Assembly (NCBI GenBank): GCA_964460785.1
Contig: CAYWQB010000004.1
Span: 169,817-233,816, forward strand
Source of the DNA: an uncultured bacterium
GTDB taxonomy: Bacteria; Chlamydiota; Chlamydiia; Chlamydiales; CAYWQB01
Length of the DNA stretch: 64,000 nucleotides
Reading direction: 5' to 3'
A program made the translations under genes and the position numbers. Positions within the stretch are counted from its first letter, which is position 1. Each line of letters begins with the position of its first letter. The notes beneath the pieces are model-generated. The model ran no database searches, had not been told where the DNA came from, and saw only the letters and a list, made by a program, of their open reading frames with translations. Below, piece after piece: positions 39,079 to 49,260 of this stretch.

Positions 39079-39498
39079 ATGACAATAGAATTTACTAGCC
39101 TAGACCAGTGCCAAGCTGCATTTGATTATCTTCGTGAAGAGCGTGATGATTGCTCAATTTATGCTCAAAAGAAAGAAAAAGAGGTTAAGGACTTAGAAGA
39201 TAAGGTCCTGGGTGCAACAGATCACCTAATGGAACAGTATGTAAATTGTGATATCGATCTACAAGAAGCAATAGAGCAAAGAGATACTTGCTTAGCAGAT
39301 AGGGAAAATATCAGAAAAATCAACTACGAGTTCCTTCAGGAGGTCAGTGAGAGTGATAAAGATCACCAGAAAGAAGTTGCAGACCTAAAGAACCAGCTAA
39401 CGATAAAAGAAGCAAGAATACAAGAGCTAGAAGCTCAGTTGCAGATGGCAAATGAGCAACATATGGATCTTCTTGTTCGTACACACGACTTTTCATAA
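39079..39498 (+). CDS. Hypothetical coiled-coil protein
   Basis: 139 aa, Glu/Gln/Lys-rich heptad pattern, strong Shine-Dalgarno. Confidence 0.7.
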   Translation: MTIEFTSLDQCQAAFDYLREERDDCSIYAQKKEKEVKDLEDKVLGATDHLMEQYVNCDIDLQEAIEQRDTCLADRENIRKINYEFLQEVSESDKDHQKEVADLKNQLTIKEARIQELEAQLQMANEQHMDLLVRTHDFS

Positions 39499-39507
39499 AA
39501 AGTTACG

Positions 39508-40212
39508 TTACAGTTCAAATGGTGTATGAAGGCCGATGTAGGGGATCGCGAGTTTTTTGGCAGCCTCTTCAACGGATTGTAAGTGTGCCTTACCATCATC
39601 AATATGAAAAATAATTCCAGGAGATCGCTTCATCGCTTGAAGAAGGCTGTGAAGTAGGTCTCCTTTGCTATTTAGGTCATGAATAAACAGCACGCCTTCA
39701 GTAAGAAGGGGTGTGGCTTCAAAGGAGCAAGTAAAGCTTCGTGAGTCGTATGATTCCTTACTAAAGGCAATATTAAGGTCCGCTACTTGCTTAAGAGTCG
39801 CTGCGGCAACTGCAGGCTGCCTGTGTGTAAATCCAAGAACAGGGATTCCTTCGCTTTGTATTTGCTGAATGATCTCTTTTGCTTGTTCATCTAGTAGACG
39901 GACAGGGGTTTGTTCTTGCCGGCGTATCCACTCTGGGTAGATTTGAGCCAAAGCCTCTTTTTTATTAAGCCCTCGGCTGGCTCTCGCATCAAGCTCTTGA
40001 TAAAACCAACGAGCATGCCCCTCTTCAGTCGCCCCCTCAAAAAGACAGTTGTCTAAGTCGACCAAGACAAGAGGGTTTTGTTCCTTGTGCTCTAGCACAA
40101 GGCTTTGAAGCTGAAAAAAGTTACTTTTCTCAATAATTTTTCCAAACATAAGGGGAGGCCAAAGACAGATTGTTGTCATAAGTAAAGTAGAGCAGACTTT
40201 CTTAAAAAACAT
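39508..40212 (-). CDS. DUF2608-like exported HAD-superfamily protein
   Basis: Signal peptide, LV.VDLDN.L (DxD motif I), G.T.R, KG.LL, IDD...L (motif IV). Confidence 0.78.
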   Translation of the reverse strand: MFFKKVCSTLLMTTICLWPPLMFGKIIEKSNFFQLQSLVLEHKEQNPLVLVDLDNCLFEGATEEGHARWFYQELDARASRGLNKKEALAQIYPEWIRRQEQTPVRLLDEQAKEIIQQIQSEGIPVLGFTHRQPAVAAATLKQVADLNIAFSKESYDSRSFTCSFEATPLLTEGVLFIHDLNSKGDLLHSLLQAMKRSPGIIFHIDDGKAHLQSVEEAAKKLAIPYIGLHTPFEL

Positions 40213-40432
40213 GATAAAGCCCTTTAGATTGAATGGAGTAGGTTACAGTAGGGGTTGTTAAAAGACAATTTTCTTTGATTAGGTATGCCAGAGAGAGCCT
40301 CTGCGATGAGAGATAGTAATTACCTATTTATTAGTAGGTTGGTTTGTTTTTAAAAAGGGCTCTTATAATACAAATAATTATTTGTTTCAAATATTTATTT
40401 GATGATAATATCTTCTCTATAGGAGGGGTATT

Positions 40433-43400
40433 ATGGTCGACCCTATCATTTATACGTCGCAAGTTCGCCAAGCGCTCATTAGTGGAAAGGAAGAAGCAGC
40501 ACAGGAGCTTAAATTACTGCAAGGTCGCAAGGTCGCAATTGTCTGTACAGAAGAAGAGTCTGCTGCAGTAAAAGCATACATAAAAGCGCAAGAATCCTTG
40601 AGATTAGAACCTGGAGACCAAGCCCCAACCTTGAATAAGGAGGCAAATCCTTTAAGCCAGCCGCACTTTTCTGAATCAGGGACAAAAGCTTTACTCTCAG
40701 CCCTCAATCAAGGTAGCAGTGAAGAAGTGCTTGATAAAGAGCAAAGTATTACTTCTAAACAGTTTATACATTTTTATCGAGAGCAAGTTAGCTCTCTTTC
40801 AACAGAGGATAAAAAACGAGAATACCTCAATGACCTACTGAACAAAGATCCTGAAATGGCATCAGCAGTGATTGCTGACATCCTTTTAGAAGATACGGAG
40901 AAGTGGCTGCCTCTTCTTTTGTCTCTAGATTGGACAGTCGATGAGCTTTTAGCTTTAACAGACCAGGTTGGACTTGAGAACCCCAAACTGCCTATCACTT
41001 TTTTGCTCTCTTTACCTCCTTCAAAAGAGTTTGAAAATATATGTGTTCTTAACACATTAGCGAGTGACCCAAAGGGTAAGTACAATCAGCAAATTATCAA
41101 TGATATCAGGGGCTCAAAGGTTTCAGAAAGAGGTCAGGCAAAGGTGCTTGGGAAGCTCTTGTATCGATCTCCAGTAGAATATATTCCCCAAATACTCAAG
41201 CAGGCAGAATCTTTGCCTTTAGAAGATCCTACTCTCAATGATTTTTTCATCGCAGCAGTTGCTGCCAGCGAAATTGAAGATGCGATTGAAGGGATCGAGG
41301 CATATATTAAAGAGAAAAAAGAGCAAGGGGCTGAAAGCCCAGTTCTTAGCGCCCCGCAGAGTAAGCTCGTCATTGCAATATTTAGAAATGTGAACAATGA
41401 AGAAATAGTACTAGATCCATCGGAATATGTAGAGCTTTGGCCTTCTTTATTTGAAGAGATGACCTTCCCAACTATGGAGGAAAAGATTGAAGTCCTTCAA
41501 TTGATTAGCGGGTTTTCTAAGGATCTATCTTACGTAGATGGATTGAAGATGCCAGATCGAGAGAGCTATCTCGAAGGGGTATACACTTTATTCTTCTCAG
41601 GATCTAGTGTGATGGAAGATTTTTCATTTATTCAGCCTGAAGCAGTGGGAAAGATTAAACACTTTCTTAAGAAAAGTGGCTTGAGTGAGGCGGAAAAAAA
41701 CTCTTTAATTAAAAGGTATTTGCAAGAGATCAATCAGTCTTGCTCTATGACGCATCTACTCTCATACTCTCCACATGGGAACTTGATAGACATGCTGAAG
41801 AGGAAGAAAAGAGAGCTTATTATACCATTTCTGACTGAAAGTACTTTTGAAGCGAAGGATATGGAGAGCGCTCTTGAACTATGCCTTTCTGGAGACCTAA
41901 ACAAACAGGAAAACTTTGCTTTACTCTCTAAGCTTATGACTTACCCTTGGTTCAACTTGAGCCAGTTAATAAAAAGTAGGATGGGGTATTCATTTCCTCG
42001 TTTATCTAAGGAAGATGTAGATAATCTTCTTAATCAGGATAACCTTAAGCTGTATATGCAGAAAGATAATGGAGTGGAATTAAGCTTCTTACTTAGATTT
42101 CAGCCTTATACTTCTTCCTCAGTACAAAGTTCAGAGGAAGTAGCAGAGGTAGGTAAGACCGAAGATCTTATTGAGAAAGCTTTCTTAGTGGGCTCTCTAA
42201 GTGAAGGGGGAACAGTTGAGGAATTAGCAAAGATCAGAAACCCTCTTGTCATTAAGATGGCGATGCTTAACCGGTTGATTAAGTTGAGTACTGAGCATAA
42301 AGAAAACTTTAAAAAAAGCCTTCAGGAGATTTTGGATGGAAGAGGAAGGGAGTGGCAAGAAATTGAGCAACAAGCCTCAGAATTGCTTGGAGAAGAAGAA
42401 TGGGCTCGATTCAAGAGTGAGCTACTGCCTTTATCCCCTAAGTTCTTATTAGAAAAAGCGGGGGAGATTATTTTTGTTTCAGAGAACCAGAGTTTAGATG
42501 GGGAGGCTTATCAGCTGTTAAAGAAAGAGGTGATGCCAGCCGTTCATAAACTCTGGTCTAAAGAACAAGCAAACTTCCTTGTTCGTTTTACTGCGATGCA
42601 GCTTGCTTCATCACCCTCTTATTTAGAGCACTATCAGTTATGGAGTCATAAAGCTTCAGGAAAAGGAAAGCTCCCTTTGCCTACGATTCCTTTAGTGCCT
42701 ATGCTAGCTAAACTTGGCATGGAAGCATATCAAGAGGATCCAAAGGGTACAGATACTGTGCGAGAGAGTTTGGTGGGAAAGCTAGAAAAAACAAAGGACC
42801 TATTTAAAGGTGGGCAACACCATCTGCGTGCAGACTTCCTCTCTCTCTCTGAAGAGATTTGCAATACACATGCATTATCTTCCTTAGAGCAGTTACAGTT
42901 GATGGATGCCCTTTTACCTTCTGCGAGCTCTAAAGGGAAGGAAAGGGCAAATCAACTCAGGAGCAATATCCGCCTTTGTAAAGCGATTCTTTCTAGCAGA
43001 GGAGGGGTTGAAGGTTTAGCTGAAATTGTGAAAGAAAAGGGACCTATTTTAGAGAAAATAAATCGATGGATTCAGAGTCAGTGGGATGAAAGAGAGTTCT
43101 TGGGAATTGGAGAGCTCTCTCCTGAACAGGAAGCTAACTATCGCTACTATTTTTTTGACCACCCTATGGCAGATAGCTTTAAAACTTATGTGCGAGTCCA
43201 CAAGAATGCCGATACCTACAATGTGAAGAAAAATTTACCTATTTTAGCGCGCGCACTTATTGAAGGAAACTGCAAAGAAGTAAGGTATAAACTAGAGGGG
43301 GATGAACACTTAACAAAGATTGCTACAAAATATCCTGAGGTATGGGAGGGCTGGAAAGCCGATCCTCAGCCTCAAAAATTTTCAGATATCATAGGCTCTG

Positions 43401-44173
43401 GAGGTGCTTCAAACCAAGAAAGTTTTTGCGCATTTATCGAGCAGCAGTTTAAGCAGGTCCCTAGCTTAGGAGAGACATTCCCTCACCTACAAAAAACTCT
43501 AGAGGGAGGAAAAACATCAGAACTAGACAAGGCCTCTCCTTTAGAAAAAGCTTTGATAAAGTTTTATGAAGAGGGTGGAGACTCCCTTTTAGAAATTGGT
43601 TCTTTGGTGGAAGAAAGTAAAGAGGTGCCATTAGTATTTTCATTAGCCATGGACTTTTTTATCTCCAACCTTGAACAACCTTCAGTTCAATCTTCTAGCT
43701 TTACTGTCGTCGATACAGATGATCCTATAGATATATTTAACTGTGGGGTAGGAGATAGCTGTCAACGTATTGATGGAAAGCCAACAACTAACCAATATGT
43801 ACTGGGCTATTGTTTAGATGGAAAAAATCGAATGGTCGCTGTAAAGGATGAAAATGGAAACCTTGTGGCTAGACATATTCTTCGTCTTGCTTGGGATGAA
43901 GAAAGCAAGCAGCCAGCTCTTTACTTAGAGCCTCTATACTCTACTGTATCTAAAAAAGAGTTTCCTGTCCCTTGTGAGAGCCTTCTCCTTTGGCAAGCGG
44001 CTCAAACAGCTTGTAAATTGGGGATCCCTCTCTATAGAGGGTTAGAAAAAGGTGGAACAAGCGCGGATCTTACATCTTTGACCTTTTATTCTTCTAAGGG
44101 AATAGAGGGGTATGATGATACAATAGCTGAACAAGGAAGGGTTAGGGTTGGCCGGGGGCATCTCTTAACATAA
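40433..44173 (+). CDS. Large hypothetical protein with helical body and C-terminal Cys-containing alpha/beta domain (candidate effector)
   Basis: 1246-aa ORF with AGGAGG Shine-Dalgarno and C-terminal DTDDP..SCQ..G....N..LGY.LDGK.R..VKD..G..VAR..LRL..D..LYLE..Y. Confidence 0.75.
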   Translation: MVDPIIYTSQVRQALISGKEEAAQELKLLQGRKVAIVCTEEESAAVKAYIKAQESLRLEPGDQAPTLNKEANPLSQPHFSESGTKALLSALNQGSSEEVLDKEQSITSKQFIHFYREQVSSLSTEDKKREYLNDLLNKDPEMASAVIADILLEDTEKWLPLLLSLDWTVDELLALTDQVGLENPKLPITFLLSLPPSKEFENICVLNTLASDPKGKYNQQIINDIRGSKVSERGQAKVLGKLLYRSPVEYIPQILKQAESLPLEDPTLNDFFIAAVAASEIEDAIEGIEAYIKEKKEQGAESPVLSAPQSKLVIAIFRNVNNEEIVLDPSEYVELWPSLFEEMTFPTMEEKIEVLQLISGFSKDLSYVDGLKMPDRESYLEGVYTLFFSGSSVMEDFSFIQPEAVGKIKHFLKKSGLSEAEKNSLIKRYLQEINQSCSMTHLLSYSPHGNLIDMLKRKKRELIIPFLTESTFEAKDMESALELCLSGDLNKQENFALLSKLMTYPWFNLSQLIKSRMGYSFPRLSKEDVDNLLNQDNLKLYMQKDNGVELSFLLRFQPYTSSSVQSSEEVAEVGKTEDLIEKAFLVGSLSEGGTVEELAKIRNPLVIKMAMLNRLIKLSTEHKENFKKSLQEILDGRGREWQEIEQQASELLGEEEWARFKSELLPLSPKFLLEKAGEIIFVSENQSLDGEAYQLLKKEVMPAVHKLWSKEQANFLVRFTAMQLASSPSYLEHYQLWSHKASGKGKLPLPTIPLVPMLAKLGMEAYQEDPKGTDTVRESLVGKLEKTKDLFKGGQHHLRADFLSLSEEICNTHALSSLEQLQLMDALLPSASSKGKERANQLRSNIRLCKAILSSRGGVEGLAEIVKEKGPILEKINRWIQSQWDEREFLGIGELSPEQEANYRYYFFDHPMADSFKTYVRVHKNADTYNVKKNLPILARALIEGNCKEVRYKLEGDEHLTKIATKYPEVWEGWKADPQPQKFSDIIGSGGASNQESFCAFIEQQFKQVPSLGETFPHLQKTLEGGKTSELDKASPLEKALIKFYEEGGDSLLEIGSLVEESKEVPLVFSLAMDFFISNLEQPSVQSSSFTVVDTDDPIDIFNCGVGDSCQRIDGKPTTNQYVLGYCLDGKNRMVAVKDENGNLVARHILRLAWDEESKQPALYLEPLYSTVSKKEFPVPCESLLLWQAAQTACKLGIPLYRGLEKGGTSADLTSLTFYSSKGIEGYDDTIAEQGRVRVGRGHLLT

Positions 44174-44272
44174 CCATTTTTTAGCCCTCTGAAGACCTAG
44201 GGGGAAGCTCTTGATGGAAAACGCATAGAAAGGCAAAATTACTTCCTTTTAGATTAAAAAGAGAGACCTCGC

Positions 44273-44749
44273 ATGGATGTCTATACAATAGACCTAGAAA
44301 CAGCTGCAGGCAAAACCCACTCATTGCAAGAGTGCAAAGATCACCACATTTTACTTGTCAATATAGCGAATAAATGTGGGTTTCATGGGCAGGAGCAAGA
44401 ATTAATTGACTGGGCAAAAGAGTGGCAAGATAAGCCTTTTGTCCTGGTTCTTTTTCCCTGCCACCAATTCTTAAGGCAGGAAAAGCGCTCTGAAAAGGAG
44501 CTTTGTCATCTAGCATCAAACCTTCCAAAGAATGTATGGGTTCTTAAAAAGGGGGAAGTGCTGGGAGATCATGCACATCCTCTTTATCAGCAGCTGAAGA
44601 AAGAGCTTAAAGGTGACTTGCACTTGCCTGTTGTCCCCTGGAACTATACAAAGATCTGGATTGCACCAAATGCTTCAACCGTGCGGCGCTTCTTACCCTC
44701 TGAAGGAGTAGAAAGTGTGAAAAAAGAGCTTTCTCAGCATCTCTCTTGA
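44273..44749 (+). CDS. Glutathione peroxidase family protein (Cys type)
   Basis: LLVNIANKCGF, FPCHQF..QE, HPLYQ.LK, WNYTK. Confidence 0.85.
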   Translation: MDVYTIDLETAAGKTHSLQECKDHHILLVNIANKCGFHGQEQELIDWAKEWQDKPFVLVLFPCHQFLRQEKRSEKELCHLASNLPKNVWVLKKGEVLGDHAHPLYQQLKKELKGDLHLPVVPWNYTKIWIAPNASTVRRFLPSEGVESVKKELSQHLS

Positions 44750-45627
44750 TGGAGATATCTATACCTTTAGTTCGCACACTTATAGCTAGCCAATTTCCTC
44801 AATGGGCAGATTTGCCAATCACTCCTGTAGCCAAGTCAGGATGGGATCATCGCACATTTCATTTAGGGAGTGCGCTATCTGTTCGCTTACCCAGTCAAGC
44901 TTGCTATGCACCCCAGGTGCAAAAAGAGTGGCAGTGGCTACCCTTTCTTCAAAAGCAGATGTGTACCTCTATTTCTCAGCCTCTAGGTTTAGGGCTTCCT
45001 AATGAAGGGTTTCCCTGGCACTGGGGGATATACCAGTGGCTAGAGGGAAAAGCGGTTCGAGATCAGAGAGACTTTCCTAAAATAGCCTTAGCTGAAGACC
45101 TTGCCCACTTTCTCAAAGAGCTCCATAAAATCCCCACAACTTGTGGGCCAAGGCCTGGAGAGCATAACTTTTTTCGGGGAGGGGCTTTGCAGGTTTACCA
45201 TAAAGAAGTGGAACATGCCCTGAGTCGTTTAAAGGGCCAGATAGACACCTCAAAAGCAAGAAGCATTTGGCAGCAAGCCCTCGCTTCAGCATGGGAAGCG
45301 GGTCCTGTTTGGGTACATGGCGATATTAGTGTAGGTAATCTTCTCGCCCAAGATGGGCGACTTTGTGCTTGTATTGACTTTGGCCTACTATCGATTGGGG
45401 ACCCTGCCTGTGACTTGGTGATGGCTTGGACATTCTTCGACCAAGAAAGTCGAGACCTTTTTCGCAACAGACTCGACTTAGATCAAAAAACATGGGAGCG
45501 AGCCAAAGGGTGGGCTCTTTGGAAGGCTCTGATTACAGAGGCAAAGCCTAATTCTGGACCATCTCTTGAAAAAAAACAGAGCCAAAGGGTGCTGCAGGCG
45601 CTTCTTAATGGAAAGGAGGATGTATGA
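44749..45627 (+). CDS. Aminoglycoside phosphotransferase (APH) family protein
   Basis: QFPQWA.L.I.PV..SGWD..TFHLG..LSVRLP, WVHGD....NLL, IDFG....GDPACDL. ATG overlaps the GPx stop. Confidence 0.92.
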   Translation: MEISIPLVRTLIASQFPQWADLPITPVAKSGWDHRTFHLGSALSVRLPSQACYAPQVQKEWQWLPFLQKQMCTSISQPLGLGLPNEGFPWHWGIYQWLEGKAVRDQRDFPKIALAEDLAHFLKELHKIPTTCGPRPGEHNFFRGGALQVYHKEVEHALSRLKGQIDTSKARSIWQQALASAWEAGPVWVHGDISVGNLLAQDGRLCACIDFGLLSIGDPACDLVMAWTFFDQESRDLFRNRLDLDQKTWERAKGWALWKALITEAKPNSGPSLEKKQSQRVLQALLNGKEDV

Positions 45628-47051
45628 GCAGTCAGACCCTTTTTGCAGGAGCTCCGATTTTTCAACCTATTGAACAACTGCCTTCTCTGTTTTTTACTCC
45701 ATGGAGGCCTTTGAGCCTTGAGCAACCTAAGACCCTTTTGTTCAATGAGCCTTTAGCATGTGCGCTGGGTCTTAACCTGCAGCAGCTGCAAGGGATGGCG
45801 GGAGCAAAAGAGCTTGCTGGGCAAGGGAGGCAAGGAGTCGCCATGGCTTATGCTGGGCACCAGTTTGGTCATTTCGTGCCACAACTAGGGGATGGGCGAG
45901 CCTTGCTCCTGGGAAGCCTAAAGAGCCAAGGGACCTTTTATGACATTCATCTAAAGGGGAGTGGCCCGACACCCTATGCTCGAGGGGGAGATGGCCTGTG
46001 TCCACTGGGGCCCGCCATCCGAGAGTTTTTGGTTAGTGAAGCGATGTATGCTCTTGGGGTCCCAACAACAAGAGCGCTCTCTGTCGTAGAAACAGGGATC
46101 AGTACCTATCGTGATAAAGAACTACCCGGAGCGATTCTAACACGGGTAGCAAAGAGTCATATCCGTGGAGGAACATTTGAGCTCGCTTTTCACCAAGGCC
46201 AGTTATCCGACCTTCAAAAGCTCGCAGACTTTTCTATCGAACGAAGTGACCCTACTGTAGCTTCAGCTACTCAACCATATGAAGCTTTGTACCGCGAGGT
46301 GGTCTCTTCGCAAGCCAAGCTGGTTGCCCAATGGATGTTGATCGGCTTTGTGCATGGGGTGATGAATACCGATAACATGTCTCTTTCAGGAGAAACTATT
46401 GATTATGGCCCTTGTGCCTATCTTGATGCGTATGATCCGAACAAAGTCTTTAGCTTTATCGATCAGCAAGGGCGCTATGCTTATAGCAACCAGCCAGCTA
46501 TTGCTTACTGGAACCTCCATGTTCTTGGTAAGGTAATGAGCCCACTTTTTGATGACCCAGAGCCTGTACAGGAAGCTTTACATAATTATTGGAGCCTATT
46601 CAATACAGCATGGGAAAAGGGAATGTGTCATAAACTAGGCCTGGCCTTTGATGATCCTAAGGCTCAAGGATTGATTGATCGCTTGCTCGTTCTAATGGCA
46701 CAAAATCAAGCTGATTACACGGCTACTTTCCTCCAGTTAACGGAAGAAAGTCGCGAGGGATTTTCCCAACTGTTTATGAAAGCAGAAGCAGCGAAAGAGT
46801 GGTTTGATCAGTGGAGTACCATGGCAACAGCAGATGGAAAAGACAACATGGGGCAATATAACCCAATCTATATTCCTCGTAATCATCTGGTTGAGCGTGC
46901 GATCCAGCAAGCATACCAAGGAGACTTAAGGGGCGCTATCCAATTGCTGCAAGCTCTGCGCAATCCCTTTGTCAAAGAGAAGGGGACTTCTGAACTATCT
47001 AGACCGCCATCGAAAGAGGAACAAGTCCAGCAAACCTTTTGTGGAACCTGA
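45624..47051 (+). CDS. selO: Protein adenylyltransferase SelO (YdiU)
   Basis: AYAGHQFG, LGDGRA, LKGSG.TPY.R.GDG, RE.L.SEAM, GFVHGVMNTDN, TIDYGP, IPRNH, C-terminal TFCGT. Confidence 0.95.
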   Translation: MSSQTLFAGAPIFQPIEQLPSLFFTPWRPLSLEQPKTLLFNEPLACALGLNLQQLQGMAGAKELAGQGRQGVAMAYAGHQFGHFVPQLGDGRALLLGSLKSQGTFYDIHLKGSGPTPYARGGDGLCPLGPAIREFLVSEAMYALGVPTTRALSVVETGISTYRDKELPGAILTRVAKSHIRGGTFELAFHQGQLSDLQKLADFSIERSDPTVASATQPYEALYREVVSSQAKLVAQWMLIGFVHGVMNTDNMSLSGETIDYGPCAYLDAYDPNKVFSFIDQQGRYAYSNQPAIAYWNLHVLGKVMSPLFDDPEPVQEALHNYWSLFNTAWEKGMCHKLGLAFDDPKAQGLIDRLLVLMAQNQADYTATFLQLTEESREGFSQLFMKAEAAKEWFDQWSTMATADGKDNMGQYNPIYIPRNHLVERAIQQAYQGDLRGAIQLLQALRNPFVKEKGTSELSRPPSKEEQVQQTFCGT

Positions 47052-47111
47052 AGACTTTTAACCAAAAAAAAATTATAGGGGCCTATAGCAAAGAACAACT
47101 AGGTCTCTATA

Positions 47112-49145
47112 ATGGCACACCTTCCTGCGTCTTCTTACCGATTACAACTATCTCAATCTTTTACCTTAAAAGATGCAGAAAAAGCTCTTCCGTACTTACA
47201 GAGGCTTGGAATCGAAATGGTTTATACAAGTCCCTGCTTTGAGATAGTTGTAGGTAGCCAGAATCCTTATATGATTACAAACCCTGCGAAGATCGCAAAA
47301 AGCTTGGGTGGAGAGGAGGCATTTACCTCTTTTTGTGTGAAGTGCCAAGAGTTGGGGCTCCAGCATATGATGGATATTGTTCCTAATCACATGGCAGCTC
47401 ATCCTGAAAATCCTTGGTGGCAAGATGTATTAGAACATGGACAAAGCTCTCCCTATGCATCTTACTTTGATATCGATTGGGAGGATGCTTCCAAGCATGG
47501 TGTGACAAGGCTTGATGCAAAGAACATTCATGGAACGATCAACTACCGGCGATTCTTCGATATTTGTGATATGGTGGGGTTGAATATTGAGCATGATAAT
47601 GTCTTCCAGGCATACTTTCAGGCAATTGCAGGATATGTGAAAAATGGATGGGTGCAAGGGTTTCGCATTGATCATATCGATGGGCTTAAAAAGCCTAGGC
47701 ACTTTTTAGATAAGGTAAAAGCCAGCTTCCCTCATGTTTTTCTTTATCTAGAAAAAATTCTTCAAGATGGAGAATTGTTGCGTGAAGGATGGCCTGTAGA
47801 AGGGTGTGTGGGCTATGAGGTTCTTTACCTAATAGACCAAGTTCTTCTAGATGTAGAAGGGGAAAAGCCTCTAACAGATCTCTATCAGCAGGTTCAGGAG
47901 GAGAGGTTTGTTGATCTACCTAAAATAAAAACAAACTATTTGCAAAAGTACCTATCTAGTGAAGTCGATCGGTTTAGCCGTTGGTTTGGTTGCTCTAAAG
48001 ATGAGCTTTTAGTTTTTTTAAGTCACTTTCCTATTTATCGAACCTATATAGAAGAGGAGGGGGAGTTAGCAGAGGAAGATTGCCAGGCTATTCAGCAAGC
48101 TTCAAAACATTGTACAGGCTCTTTTTTCCCAGATGAGGTGGTTAAGCCTACTCATAGAAAGGCACTTATGAAGCTTCAGCAGATTTTACCTGCAGTGTTT
48201 GCTAAGGGATTTGAGGATACGTATAATTATCGTTACTTGCGCTTGACTTCTCTCAATGAGGTAGGAGGAAAACCTCAGAATTTTTCCATTACGAATGATT
48301 ACTTTCACCAACGTGTGCAGCAGCTCTTTCAATCTTGGCCTTATACTATGCATGTGCTTTCTACCCATGATACGAAACGGTCCTTAGATGCACGCATGCG
48401 CCTTCATTGTCTTGCAGAAGACCCTGATTGTTTCAGAGAAAATCTCAGCCATTGGTATCAGTTGTTAGATCCATTTGAAAGTCCACGCATGATGTACTTC
48501 TTTCTTCAATCTCTTTTAGCAATTTCTGGAGAAAGGCAGGAAGAGAGAGTTTTGTCTTACATGGTAAAAGCCGCTCGAGAGGGAAAGTACTATAGTGATC
48601 ACTTAACTCCAGACACAGCCTTTGAGAGGCGCCTTTGCACTTGGGTGCAAAAGGCCTTAAGGCACAAAGAGTTTATGAAGCACTTTACTCTGTTTAAAGA
48701 GCAGTTAGCTGAGGCTGCAGAAAGAAAAAGTTTATCCGCCCTAGTCCTGCAGTTTGGTCTTCCAGGAGTGATGGATCTCTACCAGGGAGAAGAGTTAACG
48801 GCAGCAAACTTAGTTGACCCAGATAATCGCCGCTCTGTAGATTTTGATCTGTGTTGTGAGCTGCTTCAAACAGCCCCTCCTAAGAAGATGGAGGTCATTT
48901 ATGCAGGTTTGCACGCAAGAAGTCAGTACCGAAAGTTATTTCAAGAAGGGGAGTACAAACCTCTTCAAACAGGTGCAGACCAAGTAGGCTTTCGGAGAGA
49001 GCTCAATAAGCAAGCGGCTGTTGTTCTTGTAAATAAGTTTCACTTTAAAAAGAACAAGAGGCCCTTTCTAGAAGTGCCCTCTCATGCTAAAAGCTTACTT
49101 CCTGAGCCTAAGGGGGATTTTATTTTTTATCTCGAAGAGTCTTAA
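47112..49145 (+). CDS. treY: Malto-oligosyltrehalose synthase (GH13)
   Basis: SYRLQ, DIVPNHMA, YFDIDW, INYRRFFD, GFRIDHIDGL, EKIL, AKG.EDT..YRY, SLNEVGG, STHDTKRS.D.R.R, YQG.E, LVDPDNRR.VD. Confidence 0.92.
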   Translation: MAHLPASSYRLQLSQSFTLKDAEKALPYLQRLGIEMVYTSPCFEIVVGSQNPYMITNPAKIAKSLGGEEAFTSFCVKCQELGLQHMMDIVPNHMAAHPENPWWQDVLEHGQSSPYASYFDIDWEDASKHGVTRLDAKNIHGTINYRRFFDICDMVGLNIEHDNVFQAYFQAIAGYVKNGWVQGFRIDHIDGLKKPRHFLDKVKASFPHVFLYLEKILQDGELLREGWPVEGCVGYEVLYLIDQVLLDVEGEKPLTDLYQQVQEERFVDLPKIKTNYLQKYLSSEVDRFSRWFGCSKDELLVFLSHFPIYRTYIEEEGELAEEDCQAIQQASKHCTGSFFPDEVVKPTHRKALMKLQQILPAVFAKGFEDTYNYRYLRLTSLNEVGGKPQNFSITNDYFHQRVQQLFQSWPYTMHVLSTHDTKRSLDARMRLHCLAEDPDCFRENLSHWYQLLDPFESPRMMYFFLQSLLAISGERQEERVLSYMVKAAREGKYYSDHLTPDTAFERRLCTWVQKALRHKEFMKHFTLFKEQLAEAAERKSLSALVLQFGLPGVMDLYQGEELTAANLVDPDNRRSVDFDLCCELLQTAPPKKMEVIYAGLHARSQYRKLFQEGEYKPLQTGADQVGFRRELNKQAAVVLVNKFHFKKNKRPFLEVPSHAKSLLPEPKGDFIFYLEES

Positions 49146-49260
49146 GAATTAATAATATATAGTAATTTTTTTAAAAAGGCTCTTCTGCAGCTTGACCCTT
49201 CATAGCACTTAGGAGTAACCTAAAGGTGTACAGGTGATTATGAGATAAGGGCTTTGAGGC

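Noticed and set aside
44749-45627. Bona fide aminoglycoside resistance gene
   Set aside because: It matches the broad APH/choline-kinase-like family only. There is no mobile context and no basis for assigning a specific resistance allele.
47030-47051. TGA at the end of selO as a selenocysteine codon
   Set aside because: The protein ends TFCGT, a normal bacterial Cys-type terminus, so the TGA is simply the stop. The neighbouring GPx also has a Cys codon at its active site.
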